Shown in pieces: positions 1 through 9,984 of a stretch of DNA of 64,000 bases; the first letter of the stretch is position 1, and each line of letters begins with the position of its first letter. The translations under genes and the position numbers were made by a program. Source of the DNA: a virus; IMG/VR virus record IMGVR_UViG_3300005805_000047, positions 32,001 to 96,000 of that record; one strand, given 5' to 3'. A model generated the notes under the pieces. The model ran no database searches. It was not told where the DNA came from and worked only from the letters and a program-made list of their open reading frames with translations.

Positions 1-258
1 ATCCTGCTTTTTCTTGCGCTTACTCTTGGTTTGGGTATGGGTTGACTCTTGGGTGAAAACCACCAATAGGCCAGCCTCAATGTGTTCAGAAATCAAATTT
101 GAGGAAGCAACCAATGATGAATGTACTGCGGCATGGCTAAAAGGCGGAATTCGGTGACCAGCATCAGTTACCGCAAGCCAGTATTGCGACTTATTTGTGA
201 CAACAACTGCACCTGAGAACCCAGGATCCTCGTATCGGTTCGTCAGATTTTTGAACAT
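1..258 (-). CDS. hypothetical protein, truncated by window edge (MFKNLTNRYEDPGF...)
   Basis: Open frame from ATG at 258 to position 1; TATTAT lies 6 nt upstream of the ATG; not in ORF track because there is no stop. Confidence 0.6.
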   Translation of the reverse strand, partial: MFKNLTNRYEDPGFSGAVVVTNKSQYWLAVTDAGHRIPPFSHAAVHSSLVASSNLISEHIEAGLLVVFTQESTHTQTKSKRKKKQD

Positions 259-272
259 ACTACAATAATAGA

Positions 273-905
273 CTAATTAACCACGATTTGGTTGGTGTAG
301 CCGTCGTTGGCAAATGCTTCCCCGGCTCCCTTGGCTTGGTAAGCAATGGTTATTTCATTGACGGTGGCAATATCCTCCCTGTGGACGACCTCGTCAATAT
401 TCATGGTGTACGACACATAAGCTCCAGCAAGCACCCTGTCGCCCTTGAGGAGAGTCAAATCAGAGAATTCCTCCCTCATGCTGGTCTGGTCAATCTGGAC
501 CCTGAACGTTCCCCTCGGATCTGTTGCCTGCAAACACGCATCGTCAAGTAAGGCAGACCTAACCACCACAGTAAGCCTGTCCCTCATGGTGGTCGTTGAT
601 TCAGAACCCTCGGTACGCGACCAAACATAAGTCCTCATTGAGTAGCTAACCCGATACAGGGGGTGCATGCCATCCCAGCCGATTTGGTCAAAAGAGTTGG
701 TTGAGATAACGACTGTGATAATAGTTGGCCAGTGATCCATGACCAATGGCTCATAGGTGAAATAATCCTCGGGGTCTGGTATGTCTGCATTGCTGACACC
801 CCAACCATTTCGATACCTAATTAGTCTTTTGGGCAATTCTGCTTTGAGATATGTGTTTACATATTCTTTGGCGAACTGTGGCCCATGCATCAAATATCCA
901 CTCAC
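273..905 (-). CDS. putative tail-completion/terminator-like virion protein
   Basis: 210 aa; position downstream of head-tail connector and morphogenesis genes; function inferred from synteny only. Confidence 0.45.
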   Translation of the reverse strand: MSGYLMHGPQFAKEYVNTYLKAELPKRLIRYRNGWGVSNADIPDPEDYFTYEPLVMDHWPTIITVVISTNSFDQIGWDGMHPLYRVSYSMRTYVWSRTEGSESTTTMRDRLTVVVRSALLDDACLQATDPRGTFRVQIDQTSMREEFSDLTLLKGDRVLAGAYVSYTMNIDEVVHREDIATVNEITIAYQAKGAGEAFANDGYTNQIVVN

Positions 906-1381
906 AGCAATGACTCCCTAACGGCGGCAATGTTTCCGTGACAAACATACACGGCAGCCACCTCACCAAAGCGATGGGCAAAGCCAGTCGGTTCAAATAC
1001 AACTTTTCGTTTCGCCATTCGACTAGTTCCGTATTGGTGGAATTTGGCATACTCAACACTTGTTCCAAATGTTGCATCCATGATGTCAATTCGGTTGGGT
1101 GGACCATCTAGGGATGCAAGACTTCTAAATAGCCGACCACTTCTGACCATCGTTCCAGCACCGGGTTCGTGTGCTCGTTTCCAAGTGGCATATTGTGGAT
1201 CAAGTGGAGACCACCCGCCAGATGGAAGTCCGGCTTGTCGAAAATTTTCCTCATTGGCAAACCTGAGCCACTGTTTGGCTCGCCAGAAAACTGGCTTCAT
1301 ATCGTTTGCTCGCTTCTTCATCATGCGAAGACGAAGTATTGCTTTTGCGGCATCCACTTTTATGACAATGCGAGAACTCAT
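902..1381 (-). CDS. phage virion morphogenesis protein (Mu gpG / HK97 gp10-like)
   Basis: Motifs W.PL...Y..WK, L.RSG.L..SL and FGTSVEYAKFHQYGT.RM.KR. Confidence 0.75.
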   Translation of the reverse strand: MSSRIVIKVDAAKAILRLRMMKKRANDMKPVFWRAKQWLRFANEENFRQAGLPSGGWSPLDPQYATWKRAHEPGAGTMVRSGRLFRSLASLDGPPNRIDIMDATFGTSVEYAKFHQYGTSRMAKRKVVFEPTGFAHRFGEVAAVYVCHGNIAAVRESLL

Positions 1382-2025
1382 CCTGCATACCGATTTTTGC
1401 GGTATCTCTTGAGTGCCATTAGTTCTGTCTCAAGAAATCCAGTTTGCATTGGGGCAACATTGCGGGTTTCTAAATCTTTTACGCCAACGACATCGTCGTG
1501 CATGTTTTGCATTTCTCGTGTTGCTGCTCGGAGAATCATTAACTTAAAAATTGGAATGTTTGCACCGTCAAGTCCACCCGTATAGGTCACGGTCACCTCG
1601 TCGTCGGCATATGCGCCGTAAACATCAACACCAAACCCTCGCGGAATGTAGTCAACATCCAACTGAAGGGTTTGTTCGGATCCATGCAATGGTTTGTGTT
1701 TGACCTCAGAAATGCTGATTACTGGCGTATTCAAGAGATAAACAGTGGTGGGCGGATCAAGATAGGTTGTGTTATTCACCGTGCTTCCATAAAACGATTC
1801 ACCGGTTGGGTTTGAATTGACAAAAAACGATGACATCGGTATGCCCGTGTGAACGCTTGGTATTCTGTGGACTTCTGTATATGTTTCAACCTCAACTGGT
1901 CGGCGAAGAAACATTTCAAGTTCGCTTTGTAGACCAGCAAGAATCAAATCGCATGCATCCAGCTGCCTATTGGTCAGACTGATATCCATATAGGTCTTTA
2001 GATCAAAGGCCGTAACGAGTGCCAT
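1378..2025 (-). CDS. head-tail connector/adaptor (gp6-like)
   Basis: N-terminal MALVT..DLK.Y, VTVTYTGG, C-terminal LKRYR; overlapping stop/start with the next gene. Confidence 0.65.
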   Translation of the reverse strand: MALVTAFDLKTYMDISLTNRQLDACDLILAGLQSELEMFLRRPVEVETYTEVHRIPSVHTGIPMSSFFVNSNPTGESFYGSTVNNTTYLDPPTTVYLLNTPVISISEVKHKPLHGSEQTLQLDVDYIPRGFGVDVYGAYADDEVTVTYTGGLDGANIPIFKLMILRAATREMQNMHDDVVGVKDLETRNVAPMQTGFLETELMALKRYRKNRYAG

Positions 2026-2031
2026 CGCTGA

Positions 2032-2226
2032 TTACCTGCCAAGGGCTGCTGCCCTGCGAGCCCTTGCCCTTCTGCGCTCGTTTATTTCCTCGCGAGTTTG
2101 TCTACGAGCATATTCAAGGACTCTTCCGGGGTTCCTGTCCCTTCGGGCAAAGCCGAATATTCGACCGATTCGTCTCGGGATACTGATGTCCTCATCGCCT
2201 ACTTCTGGTGTTAATGCTTGCGGCAT
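2032..2226 (-). CDS. small Arg-rich hypothetical protein
   Basis: 64 aa, GGAGGG RBS upstream, fills the gap in the operon. Confidence 0.55.
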   Translation of the reverse strand: MPQALTPEVGDEDISIPRRIGRIFGFARRDRNPGRVLEYARRQTREEINERRRARARRAAALGR

Positions 2227-2276
2227 AAGCCCTCCGAACGAACAGATATAGCATCTTTTATGTTATCACCATCTTG

Positions 2277-2822
2277 CTATCTGTCGTCGTTCGGTGGCGC
2301 CTCAATAGTCGGTTCATCCACCTTAATTGCCGACTCAATGGGGACCCAGGCCCGCGAGTATAGGTGATCCTTGATGGCTCGGTGCTTAATGATTGTCCCA
2401 TCAACAAGCAAATCAAATTCGTCAGCCGACATATTCAGGGATGCCATTAGTTCCTTTTCTGTGGCGGCTCCAGCCAAAAGAAGTTTTCTTACTAGGGCAG
2501 AGAGCTTTTTTGAGACGACTGCACCTCGACCACGATTCATCTGTACGTGAAGAATCATCGCTTCTGGCTCAGTGCAATCCACAATTGCTACTGGAACTTT
2601 ATTGCCTACAGATTCTCGAATCCGCTGATTGTTCGTGGCCAGTAAGCACCTCTCATGACCGTCAATAATGGTCATATCGTCCTTGCGGACAATGATCGGA
2701 GAAAGTATCCCGTGTTTGTCTATTGAGCGCGCCAGCACCGCCAAATCAGGGGAGAGCATGTAGGTGGTTCGCCACGGTGCAAGCGAAAGACTGCTCGGGT
2801 CTAGATAAACGACTTCGGTCAT
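2277..2822 (-). CDS. ParB/Srx-like protein (IbrB-like)
   Basis: SIDKHGILSPIIVR...IIDGHER motif; H..MNRGRG; overlaps the end of the PAPS-reductase gene. Confidence 0.8.
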   Translation of the reverse strand: MTEVVYLDPSSLSLAPWRTTYMLSPDLAVLARSIDKHGILSPIIVRKDDMTIIDGHERCLLATNNQRIRESVGNKVPVAIVDCTEPEAMILHVQMNRGRGAVVSKKLSALVRKLLLAGAATEKELMASLNMSADEFDLLVDGTIIKHRAIKDHLYSRAWVPIESAIKVDEPTIEAPPNDDR

Positions 2823-3940
2823 TGTGTGTCCTTTTGGTTTTTTATTATTCTGCCAGCCTTTGTTCCTGGGCCTGCCGGGTTGGCAGAGGTTACATGTATC
2901 GAGTTAAGTAAGAGGGTTCGTATGAGCCAATGAATCGGATACGAGTTGGGGTCGTGAACCATTTTCTTTTTGAAAGTTGAAACATAGCGACGAGCGGCGG
3001 CCTGCATGGTTTTCCCAATCATGAAGTCAGAGATGAATTGACTCACTCCGTCCAGTCCGTCACCTGAGTAAAGTTCCACAATCTTGTCTGGATCCAAATC
3101 TTTCCCTATTCGCCTTTGAGCATCAATGCGGGGGAATACCCGAACGAGTTGATCGTAGAACTCTGGTTCCGTAGCTATGACATCCCCAAGTCTCCGAATT
3201 GCTATTGAGTGAAGGGGTATTCCAACACGAGTATTTGAGCCAGTCATCTCGGCGGCATCATAATATTCGGAATATTCACCGCCAGATTCCGTGATGAACT
3301 TAAACACATCGCTGGTCTGCCAGTCGTATATGACTTTGGCAAATTTGAGAGGCAAACCTCGCTTCACCCCAAAAGGAGTGACAATATAATTTTCGTGCAA
3401 CTTTTGCACACAGGATCGATAGCGAATCATTGACTCGTTGGCGCGGACTCCGGTTATGAATGCAGTCCGACCCCTTTTCCCTTGCATTGTGTAGTAGTCA
3501 ATAGATTCCTTCAGTGGTGCATCATGGGTCAAGCCAAAATTTCTTGCGTTTATTGCGAAATCTGGCATTGGTCTAACGAGTCGACCCTCTCGTTCGCGTT
3601 TGCCACTCCAGAGCAGAGCGGCTTCTCGTCTGCCGAGAATCCAGATTTCTGCACCATACGGCAAGCAATACCACTCCATGTCAACCCACGAGTAATCCCG
3701 AACTTTCATCACATAATCGATGACCATCGGACTGACCATTTCCTCGTCGCGAAAGATTACTTTTACTGGTCCGAGTCCACGCTCTTCGTGAACCTCTTTC
3801 GCTAGGTAAAGAATCGCCGTAGAGTCTTTACCGCCAGAGAACTGAACACATACGGTGTCAAATGTGTCGTAGACATGACGAATGCGAGCACGGGCGGCAT
3901 CTACGCACGAAGCATCAAGGAATAGCCGTTGGCGCGGCAT
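2819..3940 (-). CDS. PAPS reductase-family adenine nucleotide alpha-hydrolase (IbrA-like)
   Basis: PP-loop FSGGKDS, F.DEE, GVRANES..R, IYDW...DV. Confidence 0.85.
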   Translation of the reverse strand: MPRQRLFLDASCVDAARARIRHVYDTFDTVCVQFSGGKDSTAILYLAKEVHEERGLGPVKVIFRDEEMVSPMVIDYVMKVRDYSWVDMEWYCLPYGAEIWILGRREAALLWSGKREREGRLVRPMPDFAINARNFGLTHDAPLKESIDYYTMQGKRGRTAFITGVRANESMIRYRSCVQKLHENYIVTPFGVKRGLPLKFAKVIYDWQTSDVFKFITESGGEYSEYYDAAEMTGSNTRVGIPLHSIAIRRLGDVIATEPEFYDQLVRVFPRIDAQRRIGKDLDPDKIVELYSGDGLDGVSQFISDFMIGKTMQAAARRYVSTFKKKMVHDPNSYPIHWLIRTLLLNSIHVTSANPAGPGTKAGRIIKNQKDTQ

Positions 3941-4674
3941 TAAAAGTCAACGTGCGCTTCTAGATAATACAGAAGGCGTTCTGCCGTGGTGCTTCCGTCA
4001 ATCTCTGGATCAGAGCGAAGCCATTTGATGAAGTCGTACCATCGGCTCTGTTGCTCCACGCTGTCAAAAACAATTGTGTACTGAACAACTGCTTGGGGTT
4101 TCTTTACACCTGGTATTGCCGTGCTTCCCAAGGCGGCAACATTCATTTCGTTACCCTTGGGGATGACTGGTGTCGTTTCCTGTTGTTCTTGTTCAACCAT
4201 GACCGGAGGAACAAATTCGCTAGAAGTGAGTATCTCACTTTCGGCATTGGAGACTGTGTCCTCTATCGCCGCCATATCAAACTCATCTATCCCCAGACCA
4301 GACATGAGTTCTGAATATTCTCCGCCTACTTCACTTATCATCTGCACTAGTAAGTCTTCGTCGTAGCCACCGAGATCTGCCGTTCGGTTGTCGGCATAAG
4401 CGAAAGCCGTTGCTTTTTTCTCGTCCCCCTCAAATACCGTGCAGGCAATTGAATCCCAACCAAGTCTTCTGGCTGCTTCATACTGGTGATTGCCAGCAAT
4501 AATTACATAACGTCCGTCACCATTATCGGTTACGACTATTGGTTTTACTTGACCAAACTCTTTATATGAGGCGGCAATTGCGTCCACATCCCCGCGTCGT
4601 GGATTGTCCTTGAGTGGGACAAGACTTGTGATTGGGATGGCCAGAGATGCCAATGATTCATGTATTCCGTTCAT
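3940..4674 (-). CDS. ParB-like N-terminal domain protein
   Basis: NPRRGDVDAIAASYKEFGQVKPIVV...IIAGNH...AA..LGW, ADNRT. Confidence 0.8.
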   Translation of the reverse strand: MNGIHESLASLAIPITSLVPLKDNPRRGDVDAIAASYKEFGQVKPIVVTDNGDGRYVIIAGNHQYEAARRLGWDSIACTVFEGDEKKATAFAYADNRTADLGGYDEDLLVQMISEVGGEYSELMSGLGIDEFDMAAIEDTVSNAESEILTSSEFVPPVMVEQEQQETTPVIPKGNEMNVAALGSTAIPGVKKPQAVVQYTIVFDSVEQQSRWYDFIKWLRSDPEIDGSTTAERLLYYLEAHVDF

Positions 4675-5027
4675 ACTTGGACTCGGACATTTGCATTGAG
4701 TGTACGTAGGGCATCCACCTGTGTTCTTAGCGAAAGCAACTTCTCTCGCTTTGCCTTAACTAGGGCTTCTGCGCACTTGTAGTCAAAATCCATATCGGCA
4801 AGCTTGTAGTCTGCCCACGCTTCGCGTTCACGAATTGAGCCTTTGGCTGATAGGTACTCTTTTGCCCACTCCCCCTTGAGGCGAGATTCTTTCTTGGCGC
4901 AATCTTCTGCCAATGACTCAAAAGCCTCGGTGTGGTATTCAAGTTCATCCAGTAGTCCGATGATTCGCTCTTCTATCTCGACCTGGCTGATTGGGGAAGT
5001 TCTTCCAGAACTACTTATTATCGTCAC
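4671..5027 (-). CDS. coiled-coil hypothetical protein
   Basis: Likely GTG start at 5027 overlapping the RuvC stop (GTGA); helical, charged. Confidence 0.6.
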   Translation of the reverse strand: MTIISSSGRTSPISQVEIEERIIGLLDELEYHTEAFESLAEDCAKKESRLKGEWAKEYLSAKGSIREREAWADYKLADMDFDYKCAEALVKAKREKLLSLRTQVDALRTLNANVRVQV

Positions 5028-5581
5028 TTGGAATTTCCTTTCGTAAGTTTGTCTAGTGGGGACCAATCTACTCTTTCCAAGGCATCGGTGTTGGATTTGG
5101 GCCACTCAATTACCGATATTCCAAGCTTGAACCGGAGCATTTCCTCCAAGACCCAAGCATCACACCTGTCCCCTCCGTCGCCACCATCCCATATGATTCC
5201 CGTTCGAGCTGATATGGCAGATACAACTTCTGGCTTTCCGGCATTTCCTTTTCCTGTAGCAAATTTTGCTCTACAAGTTGGTGGTATCTCAACAAACGGA
5301 ATACCTGCTTCAAAGAGGGCAAGTCTCATCACCCCACCAAGTTCACCTATTGAATGAGCCTGAGAATTTCGTGATGCATAGGAATAATGCTCAATCGCAA
5401 TGCAGTCCACAGATTCATGTGTTGCTATTTGGATTAGGTCATTGCGTATCTCGAGCAATCGCTGAACACCACGAGACGATTTCCGGATGCTTACAGTTTC
5501 GCCGGCGACTGAAATGCCAGTTGATGTAAGGGATGGATCTATCCCCATGGTGACAATTTGACTCACTTGTCCCAACTCCAC
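5024..5581 (-). CDS. ruvC: RuvC-like Holliday junction resolvase
   Basis: MGIDPSLTSTG, IAIE, GELGG, KFATGKGNAGK, D..DA. Confidence 0.85.
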   Translation of the reverse strand: MELGQVSQIVTMGIDPSLTSTGISVAGETVSIRKSSRGVQRLLEIRNDLIQIATHESVDCIAIEHYSYASRNSQAHSIGELGGVMRLALFEAGIPFVEIPPTCRAKFATGKGNAGKPEVVSAISARTGIIWDGGDGGDRCDAWVLEEMLRFKLGISVIEWPKSNTDALERVDWSPLDKLTKGNSK

Positions 5582-5919
5582 TTTGCCAAACCGAGTTCAA
5601 CTGCCAAGGCTGGTTGTCTGCCGATTCTGTCGTGACACTTCCTACACACAGCAAGAACATTTTTTTCATCAAGTATTGATCCGCCTTGGGATCGCCTTAT
5701 GAGTTCATGGACATCGCGCGAGCCGTGTCGATGATATGTCTTGAGTCCGTCGTAAGCGGCGAACCGTGGACAAGCCTCACAATAAGGGCGCTCAGAAAGA
5801 ATTTTTGATACAAATGCTCTGCGGTCAACGTACTTCGCTTCCATTTTTTTGCTTCGTTTCCGTATCGGACCACCGCGCTTGAGCGGAGTCTTTCGCTTCG
5901 GCGGCTCGCCACGTTTCAT
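5563..5919 (-). CDS. HNH-family endonuclease
   Basis: CEAC...DVHE...RSQGG....N...VCRKCH. Confidence 0.75.
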   Translation of the reverse strand: MKRGEPPKRKTPLKRGGPIRKRSKKMEAKYVDRRAFVSKILSERPYCEACPRFAAYDGLKTYHRHGSRDVHELIRRSQGGSILDEKNVLAVCRKCHDRIGRQPALAVELGLAKWSWDK

Positions 5920-6428
5920 ATGATGTCAGTCGGGCGAATGTTGTCAAACTCCCAGCGTTCATCAAGAAGTGACCAAAGTGCTCTGTCTATCACCGTTTCT
6001 TCAAGGTCGTATTCACGAAGCATGGCGCGGTGCTTGGCTATTCCCCGCCTTAGAAATTCCACGCTCTCCCAGCCACTACTCTCAGCAACCTCTCCAGTTT
6101 CAATCATTGTCGCAACTTCATTGAGTCGCCTCTCAACATGGAATCTGAACCGAGCAATCTTCTTGATTCGAGAATCGTATGATGAGTTCGCTTGGTCAAG
6201 TAGCGCCATGCCCTCATCGCCGAATGACTCGTACCTTTCGGAATCCGATATCCGAGATTTCTCTGTTGCGTCTATTTGTGAGTCAAGATTCTCCAGTAGG
6301 GCAACCAAGTTCTGCCGCCATCTTTCCCAGTTCTCTTTATCAATGAGTAAGCGTCGCTGGTTTGGCGAGAGTTTATTCTTTACCTCTTCTGCGACCATTT
6401 TGGCAAATGTCTGATCGTCAATTGTCAT
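5916..6428 (-). CDS. hypothetical protein
   Basis: 170 aa ORF whose stop overlaps the start of the downstream HNH gene. Confidence 0.7.
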   Translation of the reverse strand: MTIDDQTFAKMVAEEVKNKLSPNQRRLLIDKENWERWRQNLVALLENLDSQIDATEKSRISDSERYESFGDEGMALLDQANSSYDSRIKKIARFRFHVERRLNEVATMIETGEVAESSGWESVEFLRRGIAKHRAMLREYDLEETVIDRALWSLLDERWEFDNIRPTDII

Positions 6429-6434
6429 GGTCGT

Positions 6435-7226
6435 CTATTTCCTTCGGGCGCCCCATGCTGGGCAAATTTTCTTGTAGTAGCACCAATCGCACAGACGAGA
6501 AACTTTTGTGGGGAATTCACCAGTGCGCAGGGATGTTTGAATCTCCGAGTGAACATTTGCCACTCGCTCAAGCACTGCTTCGTCATCTTGTGCCGTAGTT
6601 GTCCTGCCAACCGATTTTCCATCCTTCAAATAAATAAGTTGAACTTCTTTGACTGATTTGTCAAGCGTTTTCTCAACAACCACTTTGTAGAGCAGTAGCT
6701 GAAACCACTTTTGATCCATGTAGGCGGCTCGTGGAAATTTTCCAGTCTTGTAGTCTGTGATTTTAATTCCATCGCCGACTTCGGTGATTCTGTCAACAAA
6801 ACCCTTTATTTTGATTCCCGGAAGAACCTCAACGTTGTATTCAGACTCAACACCAATTGGGTTTAGCTGTATCGGGTCTTCCACCATCCACAGGTTCTCT
6901 ACACACCACCACGACTTCCACCTGAACTCACGCATTTGCGATTCGTCCATGTTGAGTGCGGCAAGTCGTTCTATCCAACCCTTCGCCCATACAGCACGAG
7001 ACATTTGTTGAGCATTGGCCAATGTCCGCTGTTCGCTCGGAAGTCGATAAAGATTCTCTAACACTTCATGAACAAATGTGCCCATTACTTGTGCTTCGGT
7101 CTCTGGTTCTGGCATCCCATCAATGCGGCTGTACTTATACCGTTGAGGGCACTGCTCCCAAGTGGATATAGATGATGCCGAGAGATATTGAGGTGCTTTT
7201 AGTTCGGGGCTCTGTTCAGTAGTCAC
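6435..7226 (-). CDS. PD-(D/E)xK exonuclease, RecB/Cas4-like with four Fe-S cysteines
   Basis: LSASSI....QCP, GTFVH.VLE, GFVDRI...ITDYKTGK, QL..Y, C-terminal CDWC.....C. Confidence 0.85.
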   Translation of the reverse strand: MTTEQSPELKAPQYLSASSISTWEQCPQRYKYSRIDGMPEPETEAQVMGTFVHEVLENLYRLPSEQRTLANAQQMSRAVWAKGWIERLAALNMDESQMREFRWKSWWCVENLWMVEDPIQLNPIGVESEYNVEVLPGIKIKGFVDRITEVGDGIKITDYKTGKFPRAAYMDQKWFQLLLYKVVVEKTLDKSVKEVQLIYLKDGKSVGRTTTAQDDEAVLERVANVHSEIQTSLRTGEFPTKVSRLCDWCYYKKICPAWGARRK

Positions 7227-7238
7227 CGAACAACCTTA

Positions 7239-7886
7239 CTACTTCTCAAAGCTGAGTCTTACCGCCTCTGCCTGAAGTTCTTGAAGTTGATCGAGAGTGG
7301 CATCGCTTGACCGCCGAGGCTTCGGTGCATTGTTTGAAAGTTTCGCCCAGAGGTCATTGAGTTGCGAGCGCTTGGATTCGCTCAACCCCTTGCTAATGCT
7401 TACAAAGTTCTCCCATAGCTGGGTTGATTCATCGGCAGGGGCATCCATTGCTTGCTCAATCTCCATGGCGTCATCACTGCGAGCGAGATAGAGACCAACA
7501 CCGAGTGTTTGGGCGGCCTTCTTGAGGGCATCCGAAATTGCCCCCTTGAATTCATCGCCAAGGTCAACGATTGACCCCTGTTTGGTTCGCTTAATCTTCT
7601 GACCACCAATTCCATCGCGGGAAATTGGCAAACCATTGGTGTCCCAAACAAGTCGAACATGAGCAACAACAAAGTCGGGATCTATTGCATCGCGCTCACA
7701 GCGAACAATGGTAAAAGACCACTTGTCAACACCGAGCACCTTGTTTAGCCGGTTGATGACCTCGCTTACTGGTATGTACGTAAGATTGGTTCCACCCTTA
7801 TTGAGGGTTCGCTCCATCTCTTGTGGGAACGGTTCTGAAAGCGGACTGTAGAAGTCCTTTTTGTCTGTCTTTTCTGATTCACTCAT
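7239..7886 (-). CDS. Rad52/Sak-family single-strand annealing protein
   Basis: LSEPFP...GG..LTYI....VI.RLN.VLG...W, FKGAISDALKKAA..LGVG.YL; GGAGGA RBS before ATG 7886. Confidence 0.85.
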   Translation of the reverse strand: MSESEKTDKKDFYSPLSEPFPQEMERTLNKGGTNLTYIPVSEVINRLNKVLGVDKWSFTIVRCERDAIDPDFVVAHVRLVWDTNGLPISRDGIGGQKIKRTKQGSIVDLGDEFKGAISDALKKAAQTLGVGLYLARSDDAMEIEQAMDAPADESTQLWENFVSISKGLSESKRSQLNDLWAKLSNNAPKPRRSSDATLDQLQELQAEAVRLSFEK

Positions 7887-8403
7887 CGCTTGCTCCTCCA
7901 TTTGTGTTTCTTACTATTACACTCATGCGCGAATCGCCAGATTCGCAATAACTGTCAGCATTTATGCCAAGTTTCTGCAACTGGGTCACCTTCCAATAGG
8001 AGGGCTGAACGTAATTCAACATTGACTTAGCCAGATCTTCTGGATCAACCTTTATTTCGCCGGTATCCATGTCTATTGACATCTTGTGAAGTTTCTCGGC
8101 AACTGCACTCGCTAAATCTTTGTGCTGCCACTTGGTGCGTTTGGTGGAGTAACTTCGCTCAACCTCGCCACCGTTTGAAAGAATAATTTTGTCATCTTTC
8201 ATCATTGAGCCGACTTTCAATGCAAAGGAGTCGTAGGCAAATTTCAGTTCGGCTTTGGCTCTATTGAATGAAGCAAGCACTTCGCATGCCTCTTCTTGGG
8301 GTGGCTTACCAGAAAGGTAATCCTCAAGTCGACCTTCAAGATCGGACAATCTTTCGTAGAAATCGCCAAGCAGTAGGTCGGCGATGGATGGAGTTGTACT
8401 CAT
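7879..8403 (-). CDS. hypothetical protein (recombination module)
   Basis: 174 aa ORF with RBS, overlapping the Rad52-like gene start. Confidence 0.7.
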   Translation of the reverse strand: MSTTPSIADLLLGDFYERLSDLEGRLEDYLSGKPPQEEACEVLASFNRAKAELKFAYDSFALKVGSMMKDDKIILSNGGEVERSYSTKRTKWQHKDLASAVAEKLHKMSIDMDTGEIKVDPEDLAKSMLNYVQPSYWKVTQLQKLGINADSYCESGDSRMSVIVRNTNGGASDE

Positions 8404-8440
8404 ATGCCTCGTAGTAAGTAGTGGTGATAATAGGAATTGC

Positions 8441-9745
8441 TCAGACGACGATAGCAGCCCTCTTACGCTGCGGCAACCCCAACCCAGTCAAATACCCAAA
8501 TGCCCCAGTCGCAGAGTCCACTTGGTCGTCGTGGTTGGACGCCTCGGGAAAGGTTGAAAGCTCATCTAGCCAGTCCGTCAACCAAGGACCACGGACGACA
8601 CGAACATTCCCATTCGCCGCCGCCGCGGCAAACGGCCTAGCCCGAGTGATTTTGTCACCAGTTGACCGAATACCCACAAAATCGTAACCAGGAACCACGT
8701 ATCGGGCATACTGGTCAACTAGGGCCTTTCCTGACGATCCGGGTTCTTGCTCCATCCTGATGGCAACACTAGGGCCGTCTTCGGCAGCGGTTTGTTGGAC
8801 TAATTGTTCTACTTTTTCACCCTTCACCCGAGCCCGTCTAACATCCAAGATATAGGAAATTCCCTTATCAAATAGCATAAGTGTTCCTACGGTCCAGTCT
8901 GGATCGGGGTTGTTGCTATTGGGTTCCGTGGCTGCTAGATCCCAAAACCTGACTGCTCTGGCCGAACTGCTGACTATTGGTATTTCATGCTGATCCACAA
9001 CAATGAAAGATGTTCGGTCAAACATTGAGCCAAGAGTGGTCGCCCACCAGTCACCCTCTTCAAGCCGTCGTCGCTCAAGGGGGTCGAGCGCTTGGAGTGA
9101 CCTGCGGTATGAGGAGGCATCAATGCCGGGGTTGTCGGTGAGCAAGGATGGCACGAATATCCGTTTTTCTTGCTTACCCTCAACGATGAAGCGTTGTCGA
9201 ACCCAGTTGGGGGCAGGGTTTGATGCGGCGCGCATCCTTAGGGGAACCTCTGAAAGAGAACCACTAACTGGCCGACGCAAACGAGAGAATAGGTATCGGT
9301 AATCTGACTCTCGGATTTCTGTGACCTCATCCATTCCAATGAACTGAAATTCCGAACCTTTATAGCGAAGGTAATCTCCGGCATTATTTAGGTATCCGAA
9401 GGAAATTCGCGCCCCAGAAGGAAATGTAGCTATGAAGCTGTTGTTATTCCAGTGGACGTCGTCATAGTTGGCAATCCACGATTTGAAGCGATCCATCAGG
9501 GCTCCGGGCAGAGAAAGGTCGGCAAAAGTGCGCCTAAAAAGGATTGCTGAGTAGTTCGGAACATCAACATACTGAAGGGCGGCCATCAGTAATGCCGAGG
9601 ATTTACCACCACCAGCGGCTCCACCAAATAAAGCCTCAAGCGAGTAGCACCTAAGGAAAACTTTCTGAGTCAGAGATGCTTCTTCTGGGCAATACAAGGG
9701 AGCCTTTGGCTCTAGGTACTCCTTAATTTTTTGCCAGTCTGCCAT
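8441..9745 (-). CDS. terL: terminase large subunit
   Basis: Walker A GGAAGGGKS, Walker B IGMDE, coupling motif ASNP, nuclease WDLA and HDDQVDS. Confidence 0.95.
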   Translation of the reverse strand: MADWQKIKEYLEPKAPLYCPEEASLTQKVFLRCYSLEALFGGAAGGGKSSALLMAALQYVDVPNYSAILFRRTFADLSLPGALMDRFKSWIANYDDVHWNNNSFIATFPSGARISFGYLNNAGDYLRYKGSEFQFIGMDEVTEIRESDYRYLFSRLRRPVSGSLSEVPLRMRAASNPAPNWVRQRFIVEGKQEKRIFVPSLLTDNPGIDASSYRRSLQALDPLERRRLEEGDWWATTLGSMFDRTSFIVVDQHEIPIVSSSARAVRFWDLAATEPNSNNPDPDWTVGTLMLFDKGISYILDVRRARVKGEKVEQLVQQTAAEDGPSVAIRMEQEPGSSGKALVDQYARYVVPGYDFVGIRSTGDKITRARPFAAAAANGNVRVVRGPWLTDWLDELSTFPEASNHDDQVDSATGAFGYLTGLGLPQRKRAAIVV

Positions 9746-9810
9746 CGTGCTTCCTGTATCAACTATGCTTGCCCGTATCGTAAAATGTATAAGTACAAAC
9801 GGGGGTGAGC

Positions 9811-9981
9811 ATGAACAAAATAAAAGTGTTTCTTACCAACCGCTCAAATGTTGCTAACATTCTAATGGCTTCGTTCGTGCTTCTGACTGCAGTAGGTGCC
9901 GGTTTGATTTTTTTTCCGGCTGGCTTAATTGTCGCTGGAGTAAGTTGCGGCGCTGTCGGACTTTTGCTTGGACTCGAGTAG
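9811..9981 (+). CDS. small two-helix membrane protein preceding the portal
   Basis: 56 aa MNKIKVFLTNRSNVANILMASFVLLTAVGAGLIFFPAGLIVAGVSCGAVGLLLGLE; GGGGG RBS; below the ORF-track length cutoff. Confidence 0.7.
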   Translation: MNKIKVFLTNRSNVANILMASFVLLTAVGAGLIFFPAGLIVAGVSCGAVGLLLGLE

Positions 9982-9984
9982 TAA

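Noticed and set aside
6435-7226. Cas4-like nuclease as evidence of a CRISPR-Cas system
   Set aside because: I saw no repeat-spacer array or other cas genes; it sits beside a Rad52-like annealase, which fits a phage recombination module
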